From positions 2,446,162 to 2,510,161 of the forward strand of contig CP170178.1 of assembly GCA_042296865.1 (NCBI GenBank): 64,000 nt of DNA, read 5' to 3'. Of the stretch, positions 48,941-57,283 are shown in pieces; position 1 is the first letter of the stretch; the number at the start of each line of letters is the position of its first letter. Both the position numbers and the translations under genes were made by a program. This DNA is from Candidatus Bathyarchaeia archaeon (GTDB lineage: Archaea > Thermoproteota > Bathyarchaeia > Bathyarchaeales > Bathycorpusculaceae). Below the pieces are notes generated by a model, which made no database searches, was not told where the DNA came from, and saw only the letters and a program-made list of their open reading frames with translations.

Positions 48941-50236
48941 ATGCTCAAAAACAGCAAAATATTGTTTCTTACACTGATTCTGTCTCTGATAGCCGGTAGC
49001 TTAACCACCCTTTTGGTTACGCCAGCAGAAGCAGAAAACACCAAAACCATAACTGTACCTACAGATTTTTTCAGCATAAAAGCAGCCGTTGGCAACGCTT
49101 CCCAAGGCGACATTATCATTGTTAAAGGCGGAGTTTACTATGAAAACTTGGTAATCGACAAGGCGCTGACGCTGGAAGGTCAGGGAGCGGTGGTTGATGG
49201 GGGCGGAGTTGGCACGGTTGTTTTTGTAAACGCAGACAACGTTACTTTCAGCGGGTTCACCGTCCAAAACAGCGGCGGCAATTTGACTGACAGCGGCATC
49301 TATGTCAACAGTTCTGAAAGCACCATGCTTTCTGGCAACGTGGTTACAGACAATAACATTGGGGTTTACCTTGCTGATTCCCCAAGAAGCCTGCTTAGAG
49401 ATAACGCTTTAACAGGTAACAAGTTCAATTTTGGAGTTTACAGCAGCAACTTTGATGGTTACATCCAAGAAATTGACCAGTCAAACACGGTGGATGGTAA
49501 ACCCATAGTTTACTGGGTAAACACTGAAGGTAAACAAGCCCCACCCAATGCGGGATATGTTGCCGCCGTAAATTGCACTGACATAACCGTTTCAGACGTG
49601 CTACTGGAGAAGAACTGGCAGAACCTATTGTTTGCTTACGTTACCAACTCCAAAATCACTGGCGTAACAGGTACACTGGGCATGGATGGCATCTGGCTAA
49701 TAGAAACCAGCAACTGCAACCTCCAAAACAACAACATCTCTGGCAACGTTTGGGGCGGTGTGGCATTAGTTAACACTAAAGACTCTACCATTCAAGAAAA
49801 CTCTTTCAAGAATAACGGTGGTTACGGCTTGTTTTTGTCAGACTCCTCAAGCAACCAGTTCTTCCACAATAACTTCATAGATAACCCACATCAAGCTTGG
49901 CTTTACGGAGAGAACAGCAACAGTTGGGATAACGGGTACCCAAGTGGCGGCAATTACTGGAGCAACTACACGGGTGTTGACCAGTATTCAGGACGGTACC
50001 AGAATGCTACAGGAAGTGACGGTTTAGGCGACACCCCAGTTGATTTAGCAAAGGACAATGTGGATAATTACCCGTTAACCAAGCCATGGACGATGCAGCC
50101 AAACGAGCCCAACTTGATTCCCATTGAGTTCTCAGTAACTGCAATAATCGCGGTAACCACCATACTGGTCATTTTCATAGTTTACTATGTCAAAAAATGG
50201 GTAACAAAAAAACAAGTAACTAAAATGGAGACATGA
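48941..50236 (+). CDS. NosD-like parallel beta-helix surface protein with C-terminal TM anchor
   Basis: Signal peptide, many PbH1-like repeats, GGNYWSNYTG...GLGDTP...DNYPL, tail PIEFSVTAIIAVTTILVIFIVYYVKKW. ATG 48941 (AAGGTAG upstream) preferred over 48899. Confidence 0.75.
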   Translation: MLKNSKILFLTLILSLIAGSLTTLLVTPAEAENTKTITVPTDFFSIKAAVGNASQGDIIIVKGGVYYENLVIDKALTLEGQGAVVDGGGVGTVVFVNADNVTFSGFTVQNSGGNLTDSGIYVNSSESTMLSGNVVTDNNIGVYLADSPRSLLRDNALTGNKFNFGVYSSNFDGYIQEIDQSNTVDGKPIVYWVNTEGKQAPPNAGYVAAVNCTDITVSDVLLEKNWQNLLFAYVTNSKITGVTGTLGMDGIWLIETSNCNLQNNNISGNVWGGVALVNTKDSTIQENSFKNNGGYGLFLSDSSSNQFFHNNFIDNPHQAWLYGENSNSWDNGYPSGGNYWSNYTGVDQYSGRYQNATGSDGLGDTPVDLAKDNVDNYPLTKPWTMQPNEPNLIPIEFSVTAIIAVTTILVIFIVYYVKKWVTKKQVTKMET

Positions 50237-50964
50237 AAGTGGTTTTAGATAAACTCAAAAAATATTCTAACGTGATATGGTTCATTCTTGTTACAGTGGT
50301 TTTTGCACTTTTCCTTTACTGGATTACTGTTGCGGTTTACGGGTTTGGCGATTGGCTGTTCCTTGCTATCAACATTGTTTTTTTCGCAGTGTTTTTAGCG
50401 TTTATTCAGTTCCGCCGAAGAATCGCTCGGTTGCCCGCAAGCGCCACTTTAGCCTTCATAGTGGCATTGTACTTGGAAATGTACGGTTTCCCCTTAACTA
50501 TGTACGTGTTCAGTTGGACGTTTGGCTATCAGAAAGTGTACATGCTTGAGTTTTTGCTGGCTGGCGTAATCGGCGCAGACGCGTTTATGGTGTTTTTCCA
50601 CTGGTTTATTCTGCCCGTTTCAAACATTCTGATGCTTTCGGGGCTGCTGTTGATTGTGTTTGGCTGGAGAAAAATTCATCAAGCCAAAGGCCAACACTTA
50701 GTAAAAGACGGCATTTATCATTACATCCGCCACCCACAATACCTTGGTTTCCTAATGTTAACTTTAGGCATGAACATTCAGTACACGACTATTCCAACGT
50801 TGTTGATGTGGCCGCTTCTTATTATTTTGTATTATCGTTTGGCAAGGCAAGAAGAGCAGGAGGTAGCGGAAAAGTTTGGGCAAGAATATGGCCGATATAA
50901 AGAAGAAACGCCCATGTTTTTCCCCCGTTTCTTTAACTCAAAAAAGGTTGCGGTAAAAAAATAG
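50233..50964 (+). CDS. ICMT/PEMT-family membrane methyltransferase
   Basis: 243 aa, multi-TM. GIYHYIRHPQYLGFLMLTLG and the EE..L...FG.EY..Y motif. 4-nt overlap with the upstream beta-helix gene. Confidence 0.7.
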   Translation: MKVVLDKLKKYSNVIWFILVTVVFALFLYWITVAVYGFGDWLFLAINIVFFAVFLAFIQFRRRIARLPASATLAFIVALYLEMYGFPLTMYVFSWTFGYQKVYMLEFLLAGVIGADAFMVFFHWFILPVSNILMLSGLLLIVFGWRKIHQAKGQHLVKDGIYHYIRHPQYLGFLMLTLGMNIQYTTIPTLLMWPLLIILYYRLARQEEQEVAEKFGQEYGRYKEETPMFFPRFFNSKKVAVKK

Positions 50965-51044
50965 ATAATACTTCTATATCTCTGAATCAGACATGTTTAA
51001 ATCTTTAAAGCAACTAGAACACCGCTTGAAAGGAAAGGAGATAA

Positions 51045-51641
51045 ATGAAAAAATTAACGGTAGTTACACTAGCATTCACTGCTGTCTTTATTATTGTAAT
51101 GTCAAGCTCTTTCGCAAACGCAAGCCTCAACATAAACATAGATGTCGCAAAATCTAACATCAACCCGTATGAAGACCAGCAAATCACTGCAACAGTCAAC
51201 GAAAAAGGATTTGGAATCATATTAATTATTCAGCCAGCACAAGGTCCAGCGTGGACAGATTACTTGAAAAACGATTTAGAATTGAAAGCTTTATGGGTTA
51301 TTATTCCTGATGAGATAAAACAGCAAGTGCAAGCAGCGATTGGAAACAAAATTGTCTCATATGCACTAGTTTCCTTTAGTAGCGATGGCGGTTCTGAAAC
51401 GTTTGATTTTGTAACTGACTTTACAGGTTTAAACGGGCAACCAAGCACAGGCTTACTTGGCGAGTATAAAGTGGTTTTTGTTTACCACTCTTTCCAGCCA
51501 TGGTACTTTATGGAGACAGATTTCGCTTGCGGCTCATGGAATGTTGTTCCTGAGGTTCCTCTTGGAACAGCAGTAGCGGCTTGCTCAATGATTGCAGCAG
51601 TAGGATTCGTTAAATACAAGAAACGAACCCCCAAAATCTAA
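51045..51641 (+). CDS. Secreted protein with C-terminal PEV-TM-basic sorting-like signal
   Basis: 198 aa. Signal peptide and tail VVPEVPLGTAVAACSMIAAVGFVKYKKRTPKI. Confidence 0.55.
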   Translation: MKKLTVVTLAFTAVFIIVMSSSFANASLNINIDVAKSNINPYEDQQITATVNEKGFGIILIIQPAQGPAWTDYLKNDLELKALWVIIPDEIKQQVQAAIGNKIVSYALVSFSSDGGSETFDFVTDFTGLNGQPSTGLLGEYKVVFVYHSFQPWYFMETDFACGSWNVVPEVPLGTAVAACSMIAAVGFVKYKKRTPKI

Positions 51642-51711
51642 ACTTTCAACAAATTATTTTTTTATTTAATTTGACTTCTAAGTGGTGAGTAGGTTTTTGA
51701 GGAAAAGTTGT

Positions 51712-51790
51712 TGGTGCGGTCGCCGGGATTTGAACCCGGGATCATTAGCTTGGAAGGCTAAAGTCCTAAACCAGACTAGACGACAACCGC
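51712..51790 (-). tRNA. tRNA-Gly (anticodon UCC), 3' CCA encoded, no intron
   Basis: Hand-folded from GCGGTTGTCGTCTAGTCTGGTTTAGGACTTTAGCCTTCCAAGCTAATGATCCCGGGTTCAAATCCCGGCGACCGCACCA. It gives a 7-bp acceptor stem, D stem GTCT/GGAC, anticodon stem TTAGC/GCTAA with loop CTTCCAA, T arm CCGGG-TTCAAAT-CCCGG, and discriminator A. Confidence 0.9.
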
Positions 51791-52087
51791 CCAAATTTGC
51801 TCAGAGCTATCCGCTTTTTTGCTCTTTGCAATAGGCAGAAATAGCTTGAGTTTTTAATAAAGTTTTCAGAAAATAGATCATCTATTCTGCAGTGAGTGAA
51901 CTGGGGCTTACCAGTAGCAGTATTCTTATTGGATTATGAAATGCAAGGGCATAGATTGTGAGTGGTCAAAAACTGTTTAGTCAAGAAAGTTTAACTAAAC
52001 TAAACCCCTCGCTTTTAAAATTTAGTAAAAGAAGTTTGACGAAACAAGTTATAAACCTATTTTGCTGTGATACTTGTGTGGGGTTTA

Positions 52088-52990
52088 ATGGTTAAAAAAT
52101 CTGTTTCGCTGAGCTTAATCTTATCACTGGTTTTACTCTTAGGTAGCCTGATTGGAAGCAATTCTGGTTTTGTTAATGCTCAAACATATGACGTCATAAC
52201 TATAACTTCTGATGGTGATGTTGAAGGTACAAGTCTAATTGAACGCGATGGAAATGTGTACACTTTCATTGGAAACATCATGGGCACAATAAATGTTGAA
52301 AAAAGTGGCATAACTATTGATGGAGCAGGATTTTCATTAAGCGTTGGTAGTGGAATAGATTTGAGGGAAAACAAAAAGTCGGATCTCTCGCCTGCTTATG
52401 GTAATGTTACTGTTAAGAATGTGCGTTTTTGTGGTGGTTCTGGTGTATGTGCTTCTTCAAATGGCAACATTTTTATTAATAATACGTTTGAAGGGGGTGA
52501 AATATTTCTCAGATATAATGAGAACACGGGAGTTATAATCAAACATAATGTTTTTATCAATTGCGAATACGCGTTGTCTGTTGATTATGCTAGTGGGGTT
52601 AATGTGGTTGAAAATGATTTTATCAATTCTAAGATAGGGCTTCACTTGTATGGTAGGGCTTCTTTTGATAGGAACTATTGGAGTGACTATAAAACTGTCT
52701 ATCCTGATGCTAAAGAAAATGGCAACACAGGCATCTGGGATACGCCATATAACTCTTCTACAACCGCTTCAGATCTTTCTTTTGTTGATTATAACCCCTT
52801 AGTTAACCCTATAAAAACTGAAACCCAAAATATAATTAACTTAACAAAAAGTAATTCAGAGTTACCAATTACACATTTAATTGCCATAGCCGCCATACTT
52901 GCAGTAATAGCAGTTATTGCAGTTAGTTGCAGAAAAAAAATTAGCTTTAACAAAAAAGAAGTAGCTACAAACACACAAAAATTGTGTTGA
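52088..52990 (+). CDS. NosD-like parallel beta-helix surface protein with C-terminal TM anchor
   Basis: Signal peptide. DRNYWSDYKTVYPDAKENGNTGIWDTPY is nearly identical in pattern to the 43547-44392 paralogue. Tail LIAIAAILAVIAVIAVSCRKK. ATG 52088 lies within the track ORF that starts at 52067. Confidence 0.7.
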   Translation: MVKKSVSLSLILSLVLLLGSLIGSNSGFVNAQTYDVITITSDGDVEGTSLIERDGNVYTFIGNIMGTINVEKSGITIDGAGFSLSVGSGIDLRENKKSDLSPAYGNVTVKNVRFCGGSGVCASSNGNIFINNTFEGGEIFLRYNENTGVIIKHNVFINCEYALSVDYASGVNVVENDFINSKIGLHLYGRASFDRNYWSDYKTVYPDAKENGNTGIWDTPYNSSTTASDLSFVDYNPLVNPIKTETQNIINLTKSNSELPITHLIAIAAILAVIAVIAVSCRKKISFNKKEVATNTQKLC

Positions 52991-53068
52991 CCTACTTGTA
53001 GAGGCTTTAAGGTTAACCTGTGCTAAATCTTTTTAAAAACTTAATGGTTTAGTTAACTGAGGCTTAAC

Positions 53069-53380
53069 TTGCTAAAGAAACGAGACCACATTATTCTATT
53101 TGCAGTTGGCGTCTTTACCGTAGGTTTAGGTGCATGGTTAATCGGTTCTTTAATTTTTAACCTACTCACAGGTAACTCTGCCGGTAACTACGGCATTGCC
53201 GGCGCCGTCTTTATTTTTGCTGGAGCAGTCATGATTAAGGACACCTATCAAATCTTTATTCCCCTCAAGACGCAATTGCATGAAGTAAGCATTTGTCCGT
53301 ACTGTGGAGCATTGACTGCTGAGGATTCATCTTTTTGTGAAAAATGCAAGAACAAACTAGAGCAAGACAAAGAATCATAA
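53069..53380 (+). CDS. Two-TM protein with C-terminal zinc ribbon
   Basis: 103 aa. CPYCG...CEKC. TTG start. Confidence 0.45.
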   Translation: MLKKRDHIILFAVGVFTVGLGAWLIGSLIFNLLTGNSAGNYGIAGAVFIFAGAVMIKDTYQIFIPLKTQLHEVSICPYCGALTAEDSSFCEKCKNKLEQDKES

Positions 53381-53486
53381 ATGCTGCTTTGCGATAAAAA
53401 AACTGCTGATTTAATATAACCGTTAGTTAAGCCTGTTTTACTGAAATGCTTTTAAACCGCCAGAACCGAAAGCAAACTGGGTTAGC

Positions 53487-54335
53487 ATGAAGAAAAACGC
53501 CTTCACAGTTGCAGCATTCTTTTCTTTGCTGGTTTTATTGCCGCTTGTTTTGGCGGTGGGAGCTAATCCTAATCCTTCGCCTGGACCCTTAAGCATTGAT
53601 GTTAAATACTTGCCTGATTACTCTGGCAACTTTATTATCTTAACAGTTAATGTGTCGGTCTGGCAAGATATCAATCAATGCAATAGAAAAGCATGGTATA
53701 GTTTAGATGGACAAAAGAATGTTTCTATACCTTTAACTTTCAAAGGGATAATTTCTGAAGGCAACTACTATTATGAGCATTCTGAAGCAAGTGGCGAGTT
53801 AAAAATGCCCATGTGGTCGGAGAGTCCACATATTCTAAATGTTACTGTAGTTTACGATTATGGCGATTTCTTTTCAGCCGAAAGTAAAGCGTTGTATATT
53901 GGGCAGCCAGAACCAACACAAACCCCTCTAATAGTCACCATACTTTCGCCAAAAGACCAAGCCACCTACAGCATTGAAGTCCCATTAACTTACAGCGTCA
54001 ACACAAACGTTTGGTATTCCTACTATACGTTGGATAATTCTGACTCCACGACGTCTGACTGGCAACGTTTTGAAGGCAACATAACATTAAATGGGCTCGC
54101 GGAAGGTTCACACAAATTAGAGCTTTTTTTTAGGACAGAAGACACCGACCTGGGGTTTGCTGAAAGAACAGTATACTTCAAGGTTGACTCAAGCATTGTT
54201 CAGGCTACCCCGACGCCGACTACTCCAGAGTTTACCGTTTTAGGTGTTGTTGTATTGATGTTGACGGTTTTTGGGGTTATGCTTATAGTAAAAAAGAGTC
54301 AAACAAGCAACCGCTATAGTTGCTGTATTTTTTGA
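53487..54335 (+). CDS. Secreted Ig-like-repeat protein with PEF-CTERM-like signal and CaaX-like C-terminus (CCIF)
   Basis: 282 aa. Signal peptide, YSLDGQKNVSIPL and LNGLAEGSHKLELF modules, then PTPTTPEFTVLGVVVLMLTVFGVMLIVKKSQTSNRYSCCIF. Confidence 0.65.
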   Translation: MKKNAFTVAAFFSLLVLLPLVLAVGANPNPSPGPLSIDVKYLPDYSGNFIILTVNVSVWQDINQCNRKAWYSLDGQKNVSIPLTFKGIISEGNYYYEHSEASGELKMPMWSESPHILNVTVVYDYGDFFSAESKALYIGQPEPTQTPLIVTILSPKDQATYSIEVPLTYSVNTNVWYSYYTLDNSDSTTSDWQRFEGNITLNGLAEGSHKLELFFRTEDTDLGFAERTVYFKVDSSIVQATPTPTTPEFTVLGVVVLMLTVFGVMLIVKKSQTSNRYSCCIF

Positions 54336-54732
54336 ATTGCTGTTTTTTAATAAATTAGTTAATGTTGTATGGATAAGCCAATATAGCGTTACCATCAGCA
54401 TTACATGTTTGTGGTTGCATGGTGAGACAACAAGTTTTCATATATAACTAGCAACTTTAGTATGTATCAACAAGTGCTTGAGTGTCCAAGTTTTGCTTAT
54501 TTACTGTAAATGTGGAAACAAGCTAAGCAAACCAATTAAAAAGCTGGAGAATTCAGTCTTCGTTATTGAAGTATATAAATGCAAAAAATGTAAAGCCACA
54601 ATCAAACAGGCACACTACCTCGCCAACGCCCTGCCGTGCTAGAAGTCAAAAACTAAACAGCATAAAAGACAAATATTCTCTAGCTAATCGAAAAACAGAA
54701 AGGTTCATAACTCTTCTGTCTTCCAAAAAATA

Positions 54733-55584
54733 ATGTGTAAAATGAAGAAAAGCTTAGCCGCTCTGTTTATTCTTGTTTTTTGTTTACCGTTTTTGCAGTT
54801 GAATGCATCTACAGCTAATCCCTATATTGAGACTCCAGCAATCACTATAACGCAACCTTCCCCAAGCTTTCTCACATGCTATCCGAATACTTCTATCCCC
54901 ATAGAAATCGGAGTAAGAGTACTAGAAACTGAAACACCCAACAATTACATTCCACAAATTGAAAACATCTCCTACGGTATTGACGATAACCAAAATGTTA
55001 CTCTCACAAACCTAACTGAAGGAGCAAAATTCTATGCTGATCTTAACACTATAGGTGTAACTTTGATGGTGAGTTCAACAATTGACAGTTTACCCGAGGG
55101 AAACCATGTTCTTAAAGCATACTCGTTAGATTCAAACGGTGAAATGCTAACAACACAGACAACCTTTACTGTAGACTCAACTTATGCCTCACCAAAACTA
55201 AACATTATTTCTCCCCAAAACAAAACTTACTCAAACAACGATATACCCTTAATTTTTTCTATTAACAAGGAATACCAAGACGCAAAATATCTTATTGACG
55301 ATGATTTTAGCTCTGGCAACTATACTCTAATTACTGGTAACACAACTCTGGTTAACCTCACTGACGGTTCTCATACGATTTGTGTTTCAGCAGTAGCCAA
55401 GGACAAATACCATCTTGGAACTCCAGTAGGTCAATTTATCACTTTCAACATCGACGGTGCAGGAACCGTACCTGAAAGCACTCAAAAATTAGAAACAGGC
55501 ATTATCGTGGTCGGTATTTTTGTTCCGTTACTTCTGGGTTCAATTTACCTTTTTTATTACAGGAGAAAGAAAAACTGCAAGTAA
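54733..55584 (+). CDS. Secreted Ig-like-repeat protein, paralogue, C-terminal TM-basic anchor
   Basis: 283 aa. YGIDDNQNVTLTNLTEG, LPEGNHVLKAYS and LVNLTDGSHTICVSA. Tail VPESTQKLETGIIVVGIFVPLLLGSIYLFYYRRKKNCK. Alternative ATG at 54742. Confidence 0.6.
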   Translation: MCKMKKSLAALFILVFCLPFLQLNASTANPYIETPAITITQPSPSFLTCYPNTSIPIEIGVRVLETETPNNYIPQIENISYGIDDNQNVTLTNLTEGAKFYADLNTIGVTLMVSSTIDSLPEGNHVLKAYSLDSNGEMLTTQTTFTVDSTYASPKLNIISPQNKTYSNNDIPLIFSINKEYQDAKYLIDDDFSSGNYTLITGNTTLVNLTDGSHTICVSAVAKDKYHLGTPVGQFITFNIDGAGTVPESTQKLETGIIVVGIFVPLLLGSIYLFYYRRKKNCK

Positions 55585-55659
55585 GCCAAGTTTTCCTGTG
55601 CTAAATGAAAAATAGAAAGGCTCAATAACCATTTTTCTTCTAAAAAGTTATTGGTTAAA

Positions 55660-56211
55660 ATGAATACGAAAGCAGAGTTAGCTTTTGCTATTGTTTTATC
55701 AATCTCTGTAATTGTTGGAGTAAATTTTGTTGGTTTAACAGAATCTAATTATAAGCCATATCAATACCCAACCATTATTGTATTTTCTCCTTCTGAAGAC
55801 CAAGTGTACGATTCATCAAATGTTCTTCTGAATGTTAGTTTGAACAGGTATGATACTTCTCCACCATTTGACGTAATTAAATCATTAAACTATAGCTTAG
55901 ATGGACAACAAGACAAGCCCTTACCCTACACGATAAGCAGCGGCATCTATTGCCATGGCAAAACTACTCTATACAACTTGACAGATGGACCACACGTTGT
56001 CTTTGTTCACAGTGAAGCAAAACATGGTGAAGAAATAATCGCTTTTAACGCAACGGTATCTTTTGTGGTTGAAACAACCATTAAACCAGTTGTTACGCAA
56101 TATCCAACACTTCAAGTTCTTTCTGTTTCCATAGGTGCTGTTGTGATAGTAAGCGTTAGTTTGATAATCTACTTTAAAGCTCATCAAAAACAGAGCCCTA
56201 AGAAAAATTAA
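55660..56211 (+). CDS. Secreted Ig-like-repeat protein, short paralogue, C-terminal TM anchor
   Basis: YSLDGQQDKPLPY and LYNLTDGPHVVFVHS. ATG 55660 lies within the track ORF that starts at TTG 55651. Confidence 0.6.
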   Translation: MNTKAELAFAIVLSISVIVGVNFVGLTESNYKPYQYPTIIVFSPSEDQVYDSSNVLLNVSLNRYDTSPPFDVIKSLNYSLDGQQDKPLPYTISSGIYCHGKTTLYNLTDGPHVVFVHSEAKHGEEIIAFNATVSFVVETTIKPVVTQYPTLQVLSVSIGAVVIVSVSLIIYFKAHQKQSPKKN

Positions 56212-56402
56212 GCTACTATTTCTGATTGTTTTTTAGGAACAGCAAGAACCAAAGCTGTATGAATAGCGATTAAGTTCCTATTACTTAGACTTTATCTTGG
56301 ATAGAAATTAAAATTCGGTGAAAGTTTACTGTTTTTGAAGGGGAAGGGTATATCTTACACAAAAAACCTATGCTTAAAAACACTTAAGTCAGAGTGAAAG
56401 TT

Positions 56403-56675
56403 ATGTGTCCAGAAATGCACAAAGTCCCCGGTAACCGCATTAAAGTTTTAACTAAAGACGCAAAGCAGATGGTTAACGGTCCATACTATTGTCCAAAATG
56501 CCGAAAAGAACTACTGCAAATCCTTGGAAACGTAGACAAAAAAGAAATTTACGCAGTCTGCAAATGCGGCGTAAATCAACAGTTAACTTACGCTCCAGTT
56601 TTCCAGCCAATCGACTACTATAACAAGTTCCGAGACATCTGGAAAAAACAAACCTACGGCATAATCAAACGATAA
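56403..56675 (+). CDS. Small zinc-ribbon-like hypothetical protein
   Basis: CPKCRKE...CKCG. ATG 56403 lies within the track ORF that starts at GTG 56394. Confidence 0.4.
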   Translation: MCPEMHKVPGNRIKVLTKDAKQMVNGPYYCPKCRKELLQILGNVDKKEIYAVCKCGVNQQLTYAPVFQPIDYYNKFRDIWKKQTYGIIKR

Positions 56676-56720
56676 ACTATATTTTCTTAACTTTTTGCGT
56701 TTGAATGCTTTCTTGGCGTT

Positions 56721-57257
56721 TTACGCGGCTAATACTTCTTTTGCAAACCTGTCAATGCGTGAACGTGCATACAAGGCAATCATGATTTCAGAAGCAATAA
56801 TTATGGAGAGAAAAACAGCAAGCATACGCGTGGTAGTCACAAAGGCTTCACCTAAAGCGTAATCAACATAACTGTCCACCGAGGCTATCCAACTCCAAGT
56901 GCTAAACCTTCCAGTGTCAAGAAAAGCTGCTAAATCAATAGACATCCAAAAACACAAGCCAACCACTATAACTGATAACGCGGTGCCGACAATGGTTAGG
57001 TTCACCCAGTCCCTGCTTAGCTTTGAACTGCAACTTATCTTGGTTTGCCCGCCTGCCTGGGTTAAGCTGCAAGAAACAACTTTTTTGGCACTTTGCGGTG
57101 AAATGCCCCAAAGTGACCCCTGCTTAACAGTTAAGCTTGAAGGTGGCGTTTCAGACGTGACTCTGCAGCCTTTCTGTTGTAAATGAGCCTTCAAATCCTC
57201 ATACGCTTCAGCAAAATTCATAGTTACGGTTTGTTCAACCACCAAGACAAACGGCAC
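56721..57257 (-). CDS. Hypothetical membrane protein (soluble N-domain plus 2 TM)
   Basis: 178-aa ORF. TM segments LTIVGTALSVIVVGLCFWM and MLAVFLSIIIASEIMIALY. Confidence 0.45.
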   Translation of the reverse strand: MPFVLVVEQTVTMNFAEAYEDLKAHLQQKGCRVTSETPPSSLTVKQGSLWGISPQSAKKVVSCSLTQAGGQTKISCSSKLSRDWVNLTIVGTALSVIVVGLCFWMSIDLAAFLDTGRFSTWSWIASVDSYVDYALGEAFVTTTRMLAVFLSIIIASEIMIALYARSRIDRFAKEVLAA

Positions 57258-57283
57258 CCCGCCTTAACCTTTAGCAGTACAGG

